Shown here piece by piece: positions 14,580 to 25,335 of a stretch of DNA of 64,000 nucleotides. The position numbers and the translations under genes were made by a program. The notes beneath the pieces were generated by a model. The model was given only the letters and a program-made list of their open reading frames with translations. It did no database searches and had not been told where the DNA came from. Where the stretch lies: assembly GCA_029560465.1 (NCBI GenBank), contig JAKQKX010000016.1:206221-270220 (forward strand). The letters are read 5' to 3'. Every line of letters starts with the position of its first letter. Position 1 is the stretch's first letter. The stretch is from Candidatus Omnitrophota bacterium (GTDB taxonomy: Bacteria; Omnitrophota; Gorgyraeia; Zapsychrales; JANLHA01).

Positions 14580-17183
14580 ATGTTGCCTTTCAACAAATTT
14601 ACGAATAAAAGTCAGGAAACTCTGCAGAAAGCCGTTGAGCTGGCCGGGGAACTCCAGCATCAGCAGGTCGATGCGGAGCATGTGATTTTGTCGCTTTTGC
14701 AGGATAAGGCCGGAGTCGTTCCTGCGATCTTGGGGCGGTTGAGCGTCTCGGCGGAATCCGTGTCTTCTGTCTGTGAAAGGGAATTGAGTAAAAAGCCTCG
14801 GGTGGAGGGGCCGCCGCCTTTTTTATCGCCGGAGATAACGAAGCTCCTGTCCCAGGCCGTTAAGGTTGCGGGGCAGATGAAAGATGAGTACGCTTCCCAG
14901 GAGCATATGTTACTCGTCCTGTACCGGGAAGGAAAGAACTCCCTCGGCCGGGAATTAAGGAAACACGGCGTGTCCGAAGAGGATCTCTTGCGCATTCTCC
15001 GGGAAATCCGGGGGGGGCAGCAGGTCACGGATGCCAACGCGGAGGAGAAGTACCAGGCTTTGGAGCGCTATGGCCGGGATTTAACGGCTTTGGCGGGGGA
15101 GAGAAAGCTGGACCCGGTGATCGGGCGTGACGCTGAAATACGGCGGGTGATCCAAGTTTTGTCCCGGAGAACCAAGAATAATCCTGTCCTCATCGGCGAA
15201 CCGGGGGTCGGCAAGACCGCTATCGCCGAAGGCCTCGCCCAGCGGATTTTTTCCGGGGACGTGTCAGAGGGGTTAAAAAACAAAAAAGTTGTCGCCCTCG
15301 ACATGGGGGCGCTGGTCGCGGGGGCTAAATACCGGGGAGAATTTGAGGACAGGTTGAAAGCCGTGCTGAAAGATGTGGAAAACCGTGACGGCGATGTGAT
15401 CCTTTTTATTGACGAACTTCATACGATTGTCGGGACCGGGAAGGCGGAAGGCGCGCTGGATGCCTCCAATCTGTTAAAGCCCGCTTTGGCCCGTGGAACT
15501 TTGCGGTGCGTCGGGGCGACCACCCTGGATGAATACCGCACATATATTGAGAAAGACGCCGCTCTGGAGAGGCGATTCCAGCCGGTGATTGTCAGTGAGC
15601 CGTCTGTGGAAGACACGATCGCGATCCTGCGGGGGCTTAAAGATCGCTATGAAGTCCATCATGGCGTCCGCATCCAGGACGCGGCTTTAATCGCAGCCGC
15701 GACGTTATCCCAACGGTATATTACGGAGCGGTTTTTGCCGGACAAAGCCATTGACCTTATTGACGAGGCCGCTTCGCGGCTGCGTATTGAAATCGACAGC
15801 ATGCCTCAGGAGCTTGACGTCAATGAGCGCCGGATCCGGCAGTTGGAAATAGAACGGCAGGCGTTAAAAAAAGAAAAGGACGAAGCGTCGGTCAAGCGCC
15901 TGCGGGCGCTTGAAGCGGACCTGGAAGGGCTTAAAGAGGAGAATAAAAAGTTGCGGTTACGCTGGGAAGCCGAGAAAGAATCCATTCATAAAATTCAGTC
16001 GATCAAAGCGGAGATTGACCGGCAGAAGAGCGAGGAAAGCCGTTTTGAGAAAGAAGGGAACTTTGGGAAAGTCGCGGAGATCCGTTATGGAATCATAGTG
16101 GATTTGGAAAAGAAACTTCAGGGAGAAAATCAGTCGCTCTCTGTCCTGCAGGCCAGCGGCGCTCTTTTAAAAGAAGAGGTTGATGATCAGGACATCGCGG
16201 AAATTGTGTCGCATTGGACAAAAATACCGCTGTCCAAGCTGATGGAGGGGGAGACGGAGAAATTGGTTCACATGGAAGCGTGCCTGAAGTCCAGGATCGT
16301 GGGGCAGGAGCAGGCTGTGGATTTGGTCGCGGCCGCCATCCGCCGCTCACGGACGGGGCTCAGCGATCCGCATCGCCCGATCGGCTCGTTTATTTTTGTG
16401 GGGCCGACAGGAGTCGGGAAAACCGAGCTGGCCAAATCGCTGGCTTGGTTTTTGTTCGACGACCCGGAAGCGTTGATCCGGATCGACATGAGCGAATACA
16501 TGGAGAAGCACAGTGTGTCCCGGTTGATCGGGGCGCCTCCGGGTTATATCGGCTACGATGAGGGGGGGCAACTCACGGAGGCGGTTCGGCGGCGGCCATA
16601 TACGGTCGTGCTTTTTGACGAGATTGAAAAAGCCCACCACGACGTTTTTAACGCCTTGCTGCAGATTCTGGATGACGGGCGATTGACCGATGGCCAAGGC
16701 CGGGTTGTCAATTTCAGGAACACGATTATTATCATGACATCCAATATCGGGGCGGAGGTTTTTGCCGACAACACAAGTGACGCGCGCGTTGAGGCCCGTA
16801 TTAACGACGCGCTTAAAGGGGTCTTCCGCCCGGAATTTTTGAATCGCGTCGATGAGAAAATTATCTTCAACCGTCTTAAGGAGGAGGATATCCGGCAGAT
16901 TGTTGATATCCAGGTCAGCATTTTGAAGGACAGGTTGGCGCAGAAAAATATGGCGCTTTCCATTACTCCGGAAGCCCTGTCATGGCTCGGCCAAAAGGGG
17001 TATGATCCGGTTTATGGAGCCAGGCCGTTAAAGAGGGTGGTTCAAAAATACGTCCAGGACCCCGTGGCCCTCATGATCCTTCAAGGGGAACTTCGGGAGG
17101 GAGACGGGGTGAACGTGGATGTTTCCAGGGACCAGAAGGGCGCTCTGCTGGTCAAGAAATCTTCCCCCGATTCTGGAATATAA
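14580..17183 (+). CDS. clpB: ATP-dependent chaperone ClpB
   Basis: Clp N-domain, NBD1 GEPGVGKT, long coiled-coil M-domain, NBD2 GPTGVGKTE. 867 aa. Confidence 0.9.
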   Translation: MLPFNKFTNKSQETLQKAVELAGELQHQQVDAEHVILSLLQDKAGVVPAILGRLSVSAESVSSVCERELSKKPRVEGPPPFLSPEITKLLSQAVKVAGQMKDEYASQEHMLLVLYREGKNSLGRELRKHGVSEEDLLRILREIRGGQQVTDANAEEKYQALERYGRDLTALAGERKLDPVIGRDAEIRRVIQVLSRRTKNNPVLIGEPGVGKTAIAEGLAQRIFSGDVSEGLKNKKVVALDMGALVAGAKYRGEFEDRLKAVLKDVENRDGDVILFIDELHTIVGTGKAEGALDASNLLKPALARGTLRCVGATTLDEYRTYIEKDAALERRFQPVIVSEPSVEDTIAILRGLKDRYEVHHGVRIQDAALIAAATLSQRYITERFLPDKAIDLIDEAASRLRIEIDSMPQELDVNERRIRQLEIERQALKKEKDEASVKRLRALEADLEGLKEENKKLRLRWEAEKESIHKIQSIKAEIDRQKSEESRFEKEGNFGKVAEIRYGIIVDLEKKLQGENQSLSVLQASGALLKEEVDDQDIAEIVSHWTKIPLSKLMEGETEKLVHMEACLKSRIVGQEQAVDLVAAAIRRSRTGLSDPHRPIGSFIFVGPTGVGKTELAKSLAWFLFDDPEALIRIDMSEYMEKHSVSRLIGAPPGYIGYDEGGQLTEAVRRRPYTVVLFDEIEKAHHDVFNALLQILDDGRLTDGQGRVVNFRNTIIIMTSNIGAEVFADNTSDARVEARINDALKGVFRPEFLNRVDEKIIFNRLKEEDIRQIVDIQVSILKDRLAQKNMALSITPEALSWLGQKGYDPVYGARPLKRVVQKYVQDPVALMILQGELREGDGVNVDVSRDQKGALLVKKSSPDSGI

Positions 17184-17292
17184 TAATTGAGAAATTATAA
17201 TGATTTGATAGAATAGGAATACTCTTGGGTGTCCCTTGGAATGGTGAACGGACGGTAGGTTGCGGTGGCTTAACAGATTAAAAGGATCGAAT

Positions 17293-17964
17293 ATGAATAA
17301 TTTTATTGTTCTCGGGATCATCGGCCTGGTTATTCTCATCTTTGTAAAGAAAGATACCAGCAAGTCCGCCGATGCCAAGAAATACCTTAAAGCTATGGCG
17401 AAGTTTTTGGGCCAGGGGCAGGATCTGCAGGGCGATGATCCGTGCCCGCAAAGGATAGATTTCATGTACGCAGGCAAGCCGTTTGTTTTTGAGCACATTG
17501 AGGAAAGCGTTTCCGGCGGCAAGAAACGCCACCGGGCCTGCCTCAAAGGGGAAACGCCCCTTCCCCTGACGCTTAATTTTTCCGAGCGCAGCCGGACGTC
17601 CATCCGGGTGAGCCTTGATTCCCTTTTGGATGTGACTAACCCGCAGGCGTTAACGCATATTCCATTGCCGAAAGGGTTGGGGGATTTTGAGCTGATCACG
17701 AATGATCGGCTTAAGGCGATAGAGTTGTTGAGCGATGAGAGAATCTTGAAGACTTTCGAAGCTTTTAAAAATCGGGACGCCGTGGGACACCCGGTTATGT
17801 CGTTGGAAATCGTTGAAGGATTTGTCATCCTGCATTTTCATCCTCCGGGGGGGCTCAAGCCCAGTTTGCTTAATTTGCAGTTGAATGTGTCGTCGATTGA
17901 AGAATATATAAAAAAGATCCTTCCCTTAATCTTAAAAATGACGGAAATGAAAGGACGCGCTTAG
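17293..17964 (+). CDS. Hypothetical membrane-anchored protein
   Basis: ATG at 17293 (MNNFIVLGIIGLVILIFV) gives an N-terminal TM helix. The tracked start at 17260 is less likely. There is no recognisable domain. Confidence 0.35.
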   Translation: MNNFIVLGIIGLVILIFVKKDTSKSADAKKYLKAMAKFLGQGQDLQGDDPCPQRIDFMYAGKPFVFEHIEESVSGGKKRHRACLKGETPLPLTLNFSERSRTSIRVSLDSLLDVTNPQALTHIPLPKGLGDFELITNDRLKAIELLSDERILKTFEAFKNRDAVGHPVMSLEIVEGFVILHFHPPGGLKPSLLNLQLNVSSIEEYIKKILPLILKMTEMKGRA

Positions 17965-17972
17965 GTCGCTTT

Positions 17973-18593
17973 ATGATCGCCAGGCTGAAACATTTCTTTA
18001 AAACTTCCGTTATCGGCGGACTCACCGTGATCCTGCCGGTGGTGATTTTATTGGCTGTTTTTAGCTGGTTGTTTAATTTCATCACGGGCCTGTTGCAGCC
18101 GATGACCGATCTGATTGTGGCCCATTCAAGGGTGAAGGAGCTTCTTGCCCATTTTTTGGGATTGTTTATTATCGTGATTCTGTGTTTTGTGGTCGGGGTT
18201 GTTGTCCGTACCGGGTTGGGGCGGCTTGCCCATTCCTTAATTGAGGAAAAATTTTTAAGAATTGCTCCGGGATACAATTTGATCAAAGAAACGGTGTCAC
18301 AATTTTTGGGGAGTAAAGAACATTTTTTTTCGAAAGTTGCGTTGGTAAAGCTGGGAGGCTCTGAGGCCCTGATGACCGCTTTTGTCACGGCCGAACATCC
18401 GGACGGAATTTATACGGTTTTTATCCCCACGTCTCCCAATCCTACCAGTGGGCTGATTTTTCATCTTCCGGCAAGTTCCGTTTTTCTTGTCTCGGTTTCC
18501 GTGGAAGACGCCATGCGGTCCATTATTAGTTGTGGAACCAGTTCCATCCCTCTGATAGACAGTTTCCTGAAAGCTCGAAAAAACACATTATAG
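17973..18593 (+). CDS. DUF502-family membrane protein
   Basis: N-terminal pattern LKHFFKTSVIGGLTVILPVVILLAVFSWLFNFITG followed by a second TM is typical of DUF502. Confidence 0.5.
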   Translation: MIARLKHFFKTSVIGGLTVILPVVILLAVFSWLFNFITGLLQPMTDLIVAHSRVKELLAHFLGLFIIVILCFVVGVVVRTGLGRLAHSLIEEKFLRIAPGYNLIKETVSQFLGSKEHFFSKVALVKLGGSEALMTAFVTAEHPDGIYTVFIPTSPNPTSGLIFHLPASSVFLVSVSVEDAMRSIISCGTSSIPLIDSFLKARKNTL

Positions 18594-18672
18594 CGTTCCT
18601 GTTCCTGCTGGTTCCCGGAAGTTCTCGGGAGAGGGCAACGGCAGGGCGGGGGGAAAGGAAAGAAAAACATTA

Positions 18673-18700
18673 TTGACAAGGATGTGAAATTTGTTATAAT
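18673..18700 (+). promoter_or_regulatory. Sigma70-type promoter of hrcA operon
   Basis: TTGACA (18673-18678), 16-nt spacer, TATAAT (18695-18700). Confidence 0.55.
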
Positions 18701-18706
18701 ATCCGC

Positions 18707-18733
18707 CTAGCAATCAAAGCGTAAGAGTGCTAA
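18707..18733 (+). promoter_or_regulatory. CIRCE (HrcA operator) element
   Basis: CTAGCAATC-N9-GAGTGCTAA against consensus TTAGCACTC-N9-GAGTGCTAA. The right half matches perfectly and the left half 7/9. It lies directly downstream of the -10. Confidence 0.6.
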
Positions 18734-18782
18734 CGGTCAAAGTTTGTGTAATATCAAGTAGTTACAATTTCAAGGAGCAGTT

Positions 18783-19520
18783 ATGGCCGTGAAAAATATT
18801 GATTATCAACTCAGGAAAGAACGGGTTTTGGGGATTGTCGTGAGGGAATATATCAAGACCGTATCTCCAGTGAGCTCATCATTTATCGCTCAGGAATATC
18901 TGCCGGATTTGAGTTCCGCGACAATCCGGAACATCCTCGCTGAGTTAGAAGAGGAAGGATACCTGACGCACCCCCATGTTTCTGCCGGCCGGATCCCCAC
19001 CCAGGATGGGTACCGGTTTTATGTGGATAACCTGATGTTTGAGATAAAACTCCTTGAAGAAGAAAAAGTCCGTATTAAGGGTGAATATGATCGGGGCATC
19101 AAAGACCTGGAAGCATTGCTGGAGAAAACTTCGGAACTATTGTCAGATATAACGCATTACACCAGTATTGTTTCTGTAGATTGCTGGCAAGGCCGCATTT
19201 TTTGCCGGGGCACAAATTATGTTGTGACATATCCAGAATACCATGATATTCAGAAAATTCGTGGTATTCTCGTCCTCCTGGAAGAAAAGGAACGGTTGTT
19301 ATCGATCATCAATCAGGAACTGGAAAAGAAGGTTAAGATTTTAATCGGGAACGAAATCGCGTGTGAAAGCATTTCGGATTCCTGCGCTTTAGCGGTTTTA
19401 GGATTTAGAACATCCCTGGGCGCGAGTGGCCGCATCGCTGTCTTGGGGCCCCAGCGCATGGATTATGCGCGGGTCGTTTCGACTTTGGATTATTTGAAAA
19501 GTGTTATTGAAGAAATTTGA
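18783..19520 (+). CDS. hrcA: Heat-inducible transcription repressor HrcA
   Basis: N-terminal wHTH (SSSFIAQEYLPDLSSATIRNILAELEEEGYLTHPHVSAGRIPT). It sits at the head of grpE-dnaK-dnaJ and is preceded by CIRCE. It is short for HrcA (245 aa). Confidence 0.7.
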   Translation: MAVKNIDYQLRKERVLGIVVREYIKTVSPVSSSFIAQEYLPDLSSATIRNILAELEEEGYLTHPHVSAGRIPTQDGYRFYVDNLMFEIKLLEEEKVRIKGEYDRGIKDLEALLEKTSELLSDITHYTSIVSVDCWQGRIFCRGTNYVVTYPEYHDIQKIRGILVLLEEKERLLSIINQELEKKVKILIGNEIACESISDSCALAVLGFRTSLGASGRIAVLGPQRMDYARVVSTLDYLKSVIEEI

Positions 19521-19545
19521 TAACTCCTCGTAAGGATAAAGAACT

Positions 19546-20205
19546 ATGTTCGAAGATAAAAAGAAAACTCAGGCGCCGGAGGATCAGAATTCAGCCCGGG
19601 AACCCAAGCCGGCTGAAAATGATCCTGAAAAAAGGGCGCAAGAAGTGAAATCAGATGCGGTTTTTGCAGATGACGGCGCTTTGTTGAAGGCGCAGTTGCG
19701 GGAAACTCGGGATAAATATATCCGCCTTTGTGCGGAATTTGATAATACGCGTAAACGGTATGAAAGGGAGCGGAGCGAATATGTGAAGTATGCCAATGAA
19801 AGGCTCCTGGTCGATTTCTTGTCGGTCCTCGATGACCTGGATCGGACTGTTGACGCAGCCCGCGCGCAACACCAGGACTACAAAGCTTTTCTGAAGGGGG
19901 TTGAAATGGTGATGGCCCGGGTGCGGGACGTGCTGAAGAATTATGCTGTCAAGCCGATTGAGGCGGTTGGGCAGAAATTCGACCCGCATTACCATGAAAT
20001 CCTTATGCAGGTGGAGAGCGATGAGGTGGAGGGCGTTCAGGTGGTTGAAGAATTTCAGAAAGGGTATTCCCTCGGGGACCGGGTGATCAGAACCGCCAAG
20101 GTCAAGGTGGCGGTCGAAAAAACTGCCCGGCCAGCCGTTTCTCAAGGCCCATCGTTGGAGCAGGTCGAGGGAGAGGATTCAGACGATAATAAAGAATTAA
20201 CGTAA
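19546..20205 (+). CDS. grpE: Nucleotide exchange factor GrpE
   Basis: Coiled-coil, then [17 protein letters not shown], and the C-terminal [12 protein letters not shown] block. Confidence 0.85.
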   Translation: MFEDKKKTQAPEDQNSAREPKPAENDPEKRAQEVKSDAVFADDGALLKAQLRETRDKYIRLCAEFDNTRKRYERERSEYVKYANERLLVDFLSVLDDLDRTVDAARAQHQDYKAFLKGVEMVMARVRDVLKNYAVKPIEAVGQKFDPHYHEILMQVESDEVEGVQVVEEFQKGYSLGDRVIRTAKVKVAVEKTARPAVSQGPSLEQVEGEDSDDNKELT

Positions 20206-20222
20206 TACGGAGGGACGATATC

Positions 20223-22154
20223 ATGGCAAAAGCAATTGGAATTGATTTGGGTACATCTAATTCGGCGGCGGCGGTCCTGGAAGGCGGGCGTCCGGTCATC
20301 CTCCCTTCCGCCGAAGGGGCTGGCGTTGCCTCGGGGAAGGCTTTCCCCTCTTTTGTCGCGTTTACGAAAGAAGGTCAGCGGCTGGTGGGCGAACCTGCCC
20401 GCAGGCAGGCGCCGATTAATTCGGAAGGGACGATTTACGCGGCCAAGCGCAAAATGGGGACCAGCCATAAATTTAAGGTGTGGGATAAGGAATTTACCGC
20501 CCAGCAGATCAGCGCGTTTATTTTGCAGAAGATCAAGGTGGACGCTGAAAAATATCTCGGGGAGCCCGTTGAAGAAGCGGTCATTACTGTCCCGGCGTAC
20601 TTTAACGATAACCAGCGTCAGGCGACCAAGGATGCCGGGGAGATCGCCGGACTGAAAGTGTTGAGGATTATTAATGAGCCCACGGCGGCTTGTCTGGCGT
20701 ATGGCCTGGATAAAGCCGGCAAAGAGCAGAAGATTATGGTTTTCGATTTCGGCGGGGGGACCCTGGACGTCACAGTGCTGGAAATGGGGTGGGATGAAGA
20801 GAGCAAGGCGGCGACGTTTGAGGTTTTGTCCACCAGCGGCGACAATAATCTGGGCGGCACGGACATGGATAACGTGCTCATCGATTATATTACGGAAGAA
20901 TTTAAAAAGGAAACCGGTGTTGACCTGAGTAAGGATAAAATGGCCTTCCAGCGGCTGAGGGAAGCGGCGGAAAAAGCCAAGGTCGAGTTGTCCAGCACGA
21001 TCTCCACGGATATCAATTTGCCGTTTATCACGGCGGATCAGTCGGGCCCTAAACATATGAACATGACCATTGAACGGGCGAAGCTTGAGAGCTTGATCAG
21101 CAGCATTGTTGAGCGCTGCCGCGGCCCGATTCTCCAGGCGCTTAAAGATGCCAGCGGCAAGCTGGGTGAGCAGGTTAAAATTGACAGGATCATCCTTGTG
21201 GGCGGGCCGACGCGTATGCCGATCATTCAGCAGTTTGTCGAGAAAGAAGTGGGCCAGAAAATCGAGCGCGGGATTGATCCGATGGAATGTGTGGCTTTAG
21301 GCGCCGCGATCCAGGCGGGGATTGTGAGAGGAGAGGCCAAGGAAGTGCTGCTTTTGGATGTGACGCCCTTGTCGCTGGGGATTGAAACCCTGGGAGGCGT
21401 TTTTACGAAACTGATCGAACGCAACACGACGATCCCCACGAAAAAGAGCCAGGTTTTTTCCACCGCGGAAGACAATCAGCCGGCCGTCACTATCCGTGTT
21501 TTGCAGGGGGAACGGCAGATGGCCAATGACAACACCGAACTGGGGCGTTTTGACCTTGTCGGAATCCCCCCGGCTCCACGAGGGGTGCCTCAGGTCGAGG
21601 TGACGTTTGATATTGACACGGACGGGATCGTTCATGTGTCGGCCAAGGATAAAGGCACGGGCAAAGAACAGTCGATCCGGATCACTGCCCCGACGAAATT
21701 ATCCGAGGAAGAGATCGAGCGGATGGTCAAAGAAGCGGAAAAATACGCGGGGGAGGATAAGAAGAAAAAAGAGGAGGTTGAGGTCGTCAATCAGGCGAAC
21801 AGCCTTGTTTATTCAACGGAGAAATCCCTTAAGGATTACGGTGATAAAATTCCGGCCGGCGATAAAGAGAATATTGAAAAGGAAATCAATAATCTTAAAG
21901 AGGCGGTGAAAAGCCATGATTTGGAGAAGATGAAAGCCGGCATGGAGTCCTTGCAAAAGGTGAGCCATAAACTGGCGGAAGAAATTTATAAGTCGACGGC
22001 TTCACAGCAGGCGGCCCAAGGGCCGGCGGGGGAGCCCCAAGCCGAAACGCAGTCCCGGGAGCAGGACAGTTCATCTAAAAAGGAAGGCCCCGCAGGCGGG
22101 AGCAAGGATGATGTCATTGACGCGGACTTTAAAGCGGAAGATGACAAAAAATAA
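20223..22154 (+). CDS. dnaK: Molecular chaperone DnaK (Hsp70)
   Basis: [38 protein letters not shown], substrate-binding domain and acidic C-terminus. Confidence 0.95.
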   Translation: MAKAIGIDLGTSNSAAAVLEGGRPVILPSAEGAGVASGKAFPSFVAFTKEGQRLVGEPARRQAPINSEGTIYAAKRKMGTSHKFKVWDKEFTAQQISAFILQKIKVDAEKYLGEPVEEAVITVPAYFNDNQRQATKDAGEIAGLKVLRIINEPTAACLAYGLDKAGKEQKIMVFDFGGGTLDVTVLEMGWDEESKAATFEVLSTSGDNNLGGTDMDNVLIDYITEEFKKETGVDLSKDKMAFQRLREAAEKAKVELSSTISTDINLPFITADQSGPKHMNMTIERAKLESLISSIVERCRGPILQALKDASGKLGEQVKIDRIILVGGPTRMPIIQQFVEKEVGQKIERGIDPMECVALGAAIQAGIVRGEAKEVLLLDVTPLSLGIETLGGVFTKLIERNTTIPTKKSQVFSTAEDNQPAVTIRVLQGERQMANDNTELGRFDLVGIPPAPRGVPQVEVTFDIDTDGIVHVSAKDKGTGKEQSIRITAPTKLSEEEIERMVKEAEKYAGEDKKKKEEVEVVNQANSLVYSTEKSLKDYGDKIPAGDKENIEKEINNLKEAVKSHDLEKMKAGMESLQKVSHKLAEEIYKSTASQQAAQGPAGEPQAETQSREQDSSSKKEGPAGGSKDDVIDADFKAEDDKK

Positions 22155-22247
22155 GGCGCGCGCCAACTCTGCCGGTTTCGCACAGCGTGAGCCGGTTCAA
22201 GAAAAGAAGCCGTTTATAGTTTTGGCACCCTAGCTAGCGGTTTTTTT

Positions 22248-23420
22248 GTGACATATTTTGAGGTTATTATGAAGAAAGATTATTATGAGATTCTTGGCTT
22301 ACCCAAAGATGCCAGCCCCCAACAGGTGAAGAAGGCATACCGGTCGTTGGCGTTGCGGAATCATCCGGACCGTGTTCCGCAGGAGAAGAAGAAGGAGGCG
22401 GAAGAAAAATTTAAGGAGATTTCCGAGGCGTACGCTGTTTTGTCCGACCCGCAGAAACGCCAGATGTATGATCAGTATGGCCATTCAGGGATTGACCAGC
22501 GGTATACCACTGAAGACATTTTCCGCGGTGCGGATTTCAGCAGTATTTTCGGGGAAGGCGGGCTGGGGGATATTTTCGGCCAGTTTTTCGGGGACTCCAT
22601 CTTCGGCGATGTCTTTGGGGGGGCGGGTGCCGGAAGCCGCCGCGGACGGGCCAGGCGTGGCCGGGATATTCAATATGAAGTGAATATTTCCCTGGAAGAA
22701 GCCTTTGCCGGGGTGCGGAAGAATATTAAGGTGCCAAGAGAGGAAATCTGTACCCATTGTAACGGCAGCGGGGCCAAGCCGGGGACACAACCTAAAACCT
22801 GCCCGACCTGCGGAGGCCAGGGCCAGGTGTTTATGACGAGTGGGTTTTTCCGCATGGCCCAAGCGTGTGGCGCGTGCCGGGGGCAGGGTAAGATCATTGA
22901 GGCGGTTTGCCCGCAATGCCAGGGCCGCACGGTGGTCCGCACGACAAGGAATATTGAGGTTAATATCCCTGCCGGTGTGGATAATGACAGCCGTTTGAGG
23001 GTGCGTGGGGAGGGAGAGGTGGGGAGTGCCGGGGCCGGGGACCTTTATTTGTATATTGCTGTTAGCCCGCATTCCAAATTTGAAAGAGACGGTCGGGATA
23101 TTTATTGCCAGCTGCCAGTCAGTTTTGTGACTGCGGCGTTAGGCGGGGAGGAGAGCGTGGCGACCCTGAATGGCCAGGTCATGATGAAAGTGCCAGCCGG
23201 TACGCAAAGCGGTAAGATGTTCCGTTTAAAGGGAAAGGGCATGCCTGATTTGCACGGCGGAGCCCCTGGGGACCAGTTTGTCAAGGTGATGATCCATGTC
23301 CCGACCCGTTTGACTGCGGAGCAACGCCGTTTGCTGGAGGAGTACGCGCGCGTGAGCGGGCAGGATGTTCTCAAGGGGAATGATTCCTTCAAGGAAAAAA
23401 TTAAAAGTGTTTTCAAATAA
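22248..23420 (+). CDS. dnaJ: Molecular chaperone DnaJ
   Basis: J-domain with HPD (LRNHPDRV), G/F region, and four CxxCxGxG zinc repeats. Confidence 0.9.
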   Translation: MTYFEVIMKKDYYEILGLPKDASPQQVKKAYRSLALRNHPDRVPQEKKKEAEEKFKEISEAYAVLSDPQKRQMYDQYGHSGIDQRYTTEDIFRGADFSSIFGEGGLGDIFGQFFGDSIFGDVFGGAGAGSRRGRARRGRDIQYEVNISLEEAFAGVRKNIKVPREEICTHCNGSGAKPGTQPKTCPTCGGQGQVFMTSGFFRMAQACGACRGQGKIIEAVCPQCQGRTVVRTTRNIEVNIPAGVDNDSRLRVRGEGEVGSAGAGDLYLYIAVSPHSKFERDGRDIYCQLPVSFVTAALGGEESVATLNGQVMMKVPAGTQSGKMFRLKGKGMPDLHGGAPGDQFVKVMIHVPTRLTAEQRRLLEEYARVSGQDVLKGNDSFKEKIKSVFK

Positions 23421-23436
23421 AATGAGGTGAACAATT

Positions 23437-23706
23437 ATGCCAACGTATCAGTATGAATGTGCCAGTTGCGGACAGAGTATGGAAATCATGCAAGCCATTA
23501 CGGATGCTAAGCTGACGCAGTGCCCTCAATGCGGGCAAAACACGCTTCAACGCTTGATTGGGGCCGGAAGCGGGATTATCTTCAAAGGCAACGGGTTTTT
23601 TGAAACAGATTATAAGCGGAAATCCGCCAAGAAAGATGCTCCTAAGCATTGCCCGGTTGGGGAAGGGAAATCCTCTTCCTGCCCATGCTCGTGCGATGAA
23701 TCCTGA
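23437..23706 (+). CDS. FmdB-family zinc-ribbon regulatory protein
   Basis: MPTYQYECASCGQ...CPQCGQ is the classic FmdB N-terminal zinc ribbon. It has a C-terminal Cys cluster. Confidence 0.7.
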   Translation: MPTYQYECASCGQSMEIMQAITDAKLTQCPQCGQNTLQRLIGAGSGIIFKGNGFFETDYKRKSAKKDAPKHCPVGEGKSSSCPCSCDES

Positions 23707-24043
23707 TTGCCGTTTCAGAGACTTCTTGGAATCATGGGGCACACTATCCCGTAAGTCTATAATATAAAATAAGTTCCGAAAGATTTCTTGCCGGCTGATT
23801 TCTTTGGGATTATGGATGCCCCTCTTTTAAAGTCCTTTATGCGGCATAAGGCCAACCTTTCACTTCCGGTAACAGCTTTTTTCCCCTGCAAATGAGAAAC
23901 GAAATTTCATAGAAATCAATTCCCAGAATGGCGTTATTTTGCTATTATGGCGTGTTAGTTCTGTTAATGGAAACAGGCAGGACCGTTATCAAACTGAAAG
24001 AAAGGAGATATTCCTTTTAAAGAAGGATGTTTTATAAATACAT

Positions 24044-25309
24044 ATGAGCGCAATACAACCTTTTAAAGCCCTTTATTACAACAAAACAAAACTGGGGGAT
24101 TTGTCAAAAGTCGTGTGCCCCCCTTATGATGTTATCACCCCGGAACACCAGGCGGATTATTATAATCAGAGCGAGTTTAATTTTGTCCGCATCATCCTTG
24201 GGAAGGATCAGCCGGAAGACGACCGGAACAGTAATAAATACAGCCGGGCCAAGGACCTTTTTCAGAAATGGCAGCAGGACGGCATTTTTCTTGAGGATGA
24301 TCAGCCTAGTATTTATTATTATAAACAAGAATATAGGGTCATGGGGGAGAAACACAGCCGGTTGGGATTTATTTCTCTGATGAGGATCCATGATGACCAG
24401 GATGCGAAAATATTTCCGCATGAGAACACCCATATGAAAGCTAAAGAGGACCGTTTAAAGTTGTGGAAGAGCCTCTCGGCGAATCTCAGCCCGATTTTTG
24501 TGTGTTTTTCCGATACGACCAAAAGAGTCAACACGATTTTTTTTGAGAAGGTCGCCTCGACCGAACCGATGCTTGACGTTGAAGATGACGAAGGGGTCCA
24601 CCATACGCTGTGGCGGTTGAGCGACGCCGGGCTGGTTCAGAAGATTGTCGAAGCCTTGGCGGGACAGCCGTTATTTATCGCTGACGGCCATCACCGTTAT
24701 GAAGTGGCGAGAGAACTTCAAAAGCAGATGAAAGAAAAGGTGTCTCATTATACCGGAGAGGAACCGTTTAACTTTGTGATGACGTATTTGACGGATATCA
24801 GCTCGCGGGACTTGAAAATATTTCCGATGCACCGGATTATCAAAAAGATATCGCTGAAAACAGAATGGCTGGAAGAACTGTTTCGCGTAGACAAATTTAA
24901 AACCAAGGAAGATTTGAGCATTCGCCTTGCGAAAGCCGGGAAGAATGAGCATGCGTTCGGCTTGTATACCGCCGACAGCACCAGGCTGTTGCGTTTGAGA
25001 AATCCGTCGCTTATTGATAAATATATCCAGGAAGGATCGGAAGAATTCCGCCGTTTGGACGCCACCATTTTGAAGCATTTTATCCTTGACCGGGCGGGCG
25101 TGGCTTCAGAGGATATTGTGTACACTCACGATTTGGCCCGTGCGACCCGTGACGTGGATGCGGGGCTGGCTGAGGCGAGCTTTATCATGAATCCGGTTAA
25201 GATTCAACAATTGAAAGCCATCGCGCTTAAGGGTGAGAAAATGCCTCCCAAGACAACGTATTTTTATCCCAAAGTTTTATCCGGCTTAACTATTCATAAA
25301 ATTCATTAA
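24044..25309 (+). CDS. DUF1015-family protein
   Basis: N-terminal I.PFKALYYN and overall length (~420 aa) are consistent with DUF1015. I could not verify this without an HMM search. Confidence 0.4.
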   Translation: MSAIQPFKALYYNKTKLGDLSKVVCPPYDVITPEHQADYYNQSEFNFVRIILGKDQPEDDRNSNKYSRAKDLFQKWQQDGIFLEDDQPSIYYYKQEYRVMGEKHSRLGFISLMRIHDDQDAKIFPHENTHMKAKEDRLKLWKSLSANLSPIFVCFSDTTKRVNTIFFEKVASTEPMLDVEDDEGVHHTLWRLSDAGLVQKIVEALAGQPLFIADGHHRYEVARELQKQMKEKVSHYTGEEPFNFVMTYLTDISSRDLKIFPMHRIIKKISLKTEWLEELFRVDKFKTKEDLSIRLAKAGKNEHAFGLYTADSTRLLRLRNPSLIDKYIQEGSEEFRRLDATILKHFILDRAGVASEDIVYTHDLARATRDVDAGLAEASFIMNPVKIQQLKAIALKGEKMPPKTTYFYPKVLSGLTIHKIH

Positions 25310-25335
25310 TTGAAGCGGGGATCAGGGCGGTCGCT

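Noticed and set aside
17028-17828. 266-aa minus-strand ORF overlapping the clpB 3-prime end and the 17293-17964 gene
   Set aside because: It overlaps the clpB C-terminus. It has Ser-rich low-complexity composition and no RBS. The plus-strand alternative has a TM anchor and sits in the co-directional operon context.
20142-21056. 304-aa minus-strand ORF
   Set aside because: Antisense to the highly conserved 5-prime half of dnaK, so spurious.
22155-22247. Possible terminator between dnaK and dnaJ (T7 run at ~22234)
   Set aside because: The preceding sequence (cctagctagcgg) does not form a convincing GC stem. dnaK-dnaJ read-through is expected anyway.
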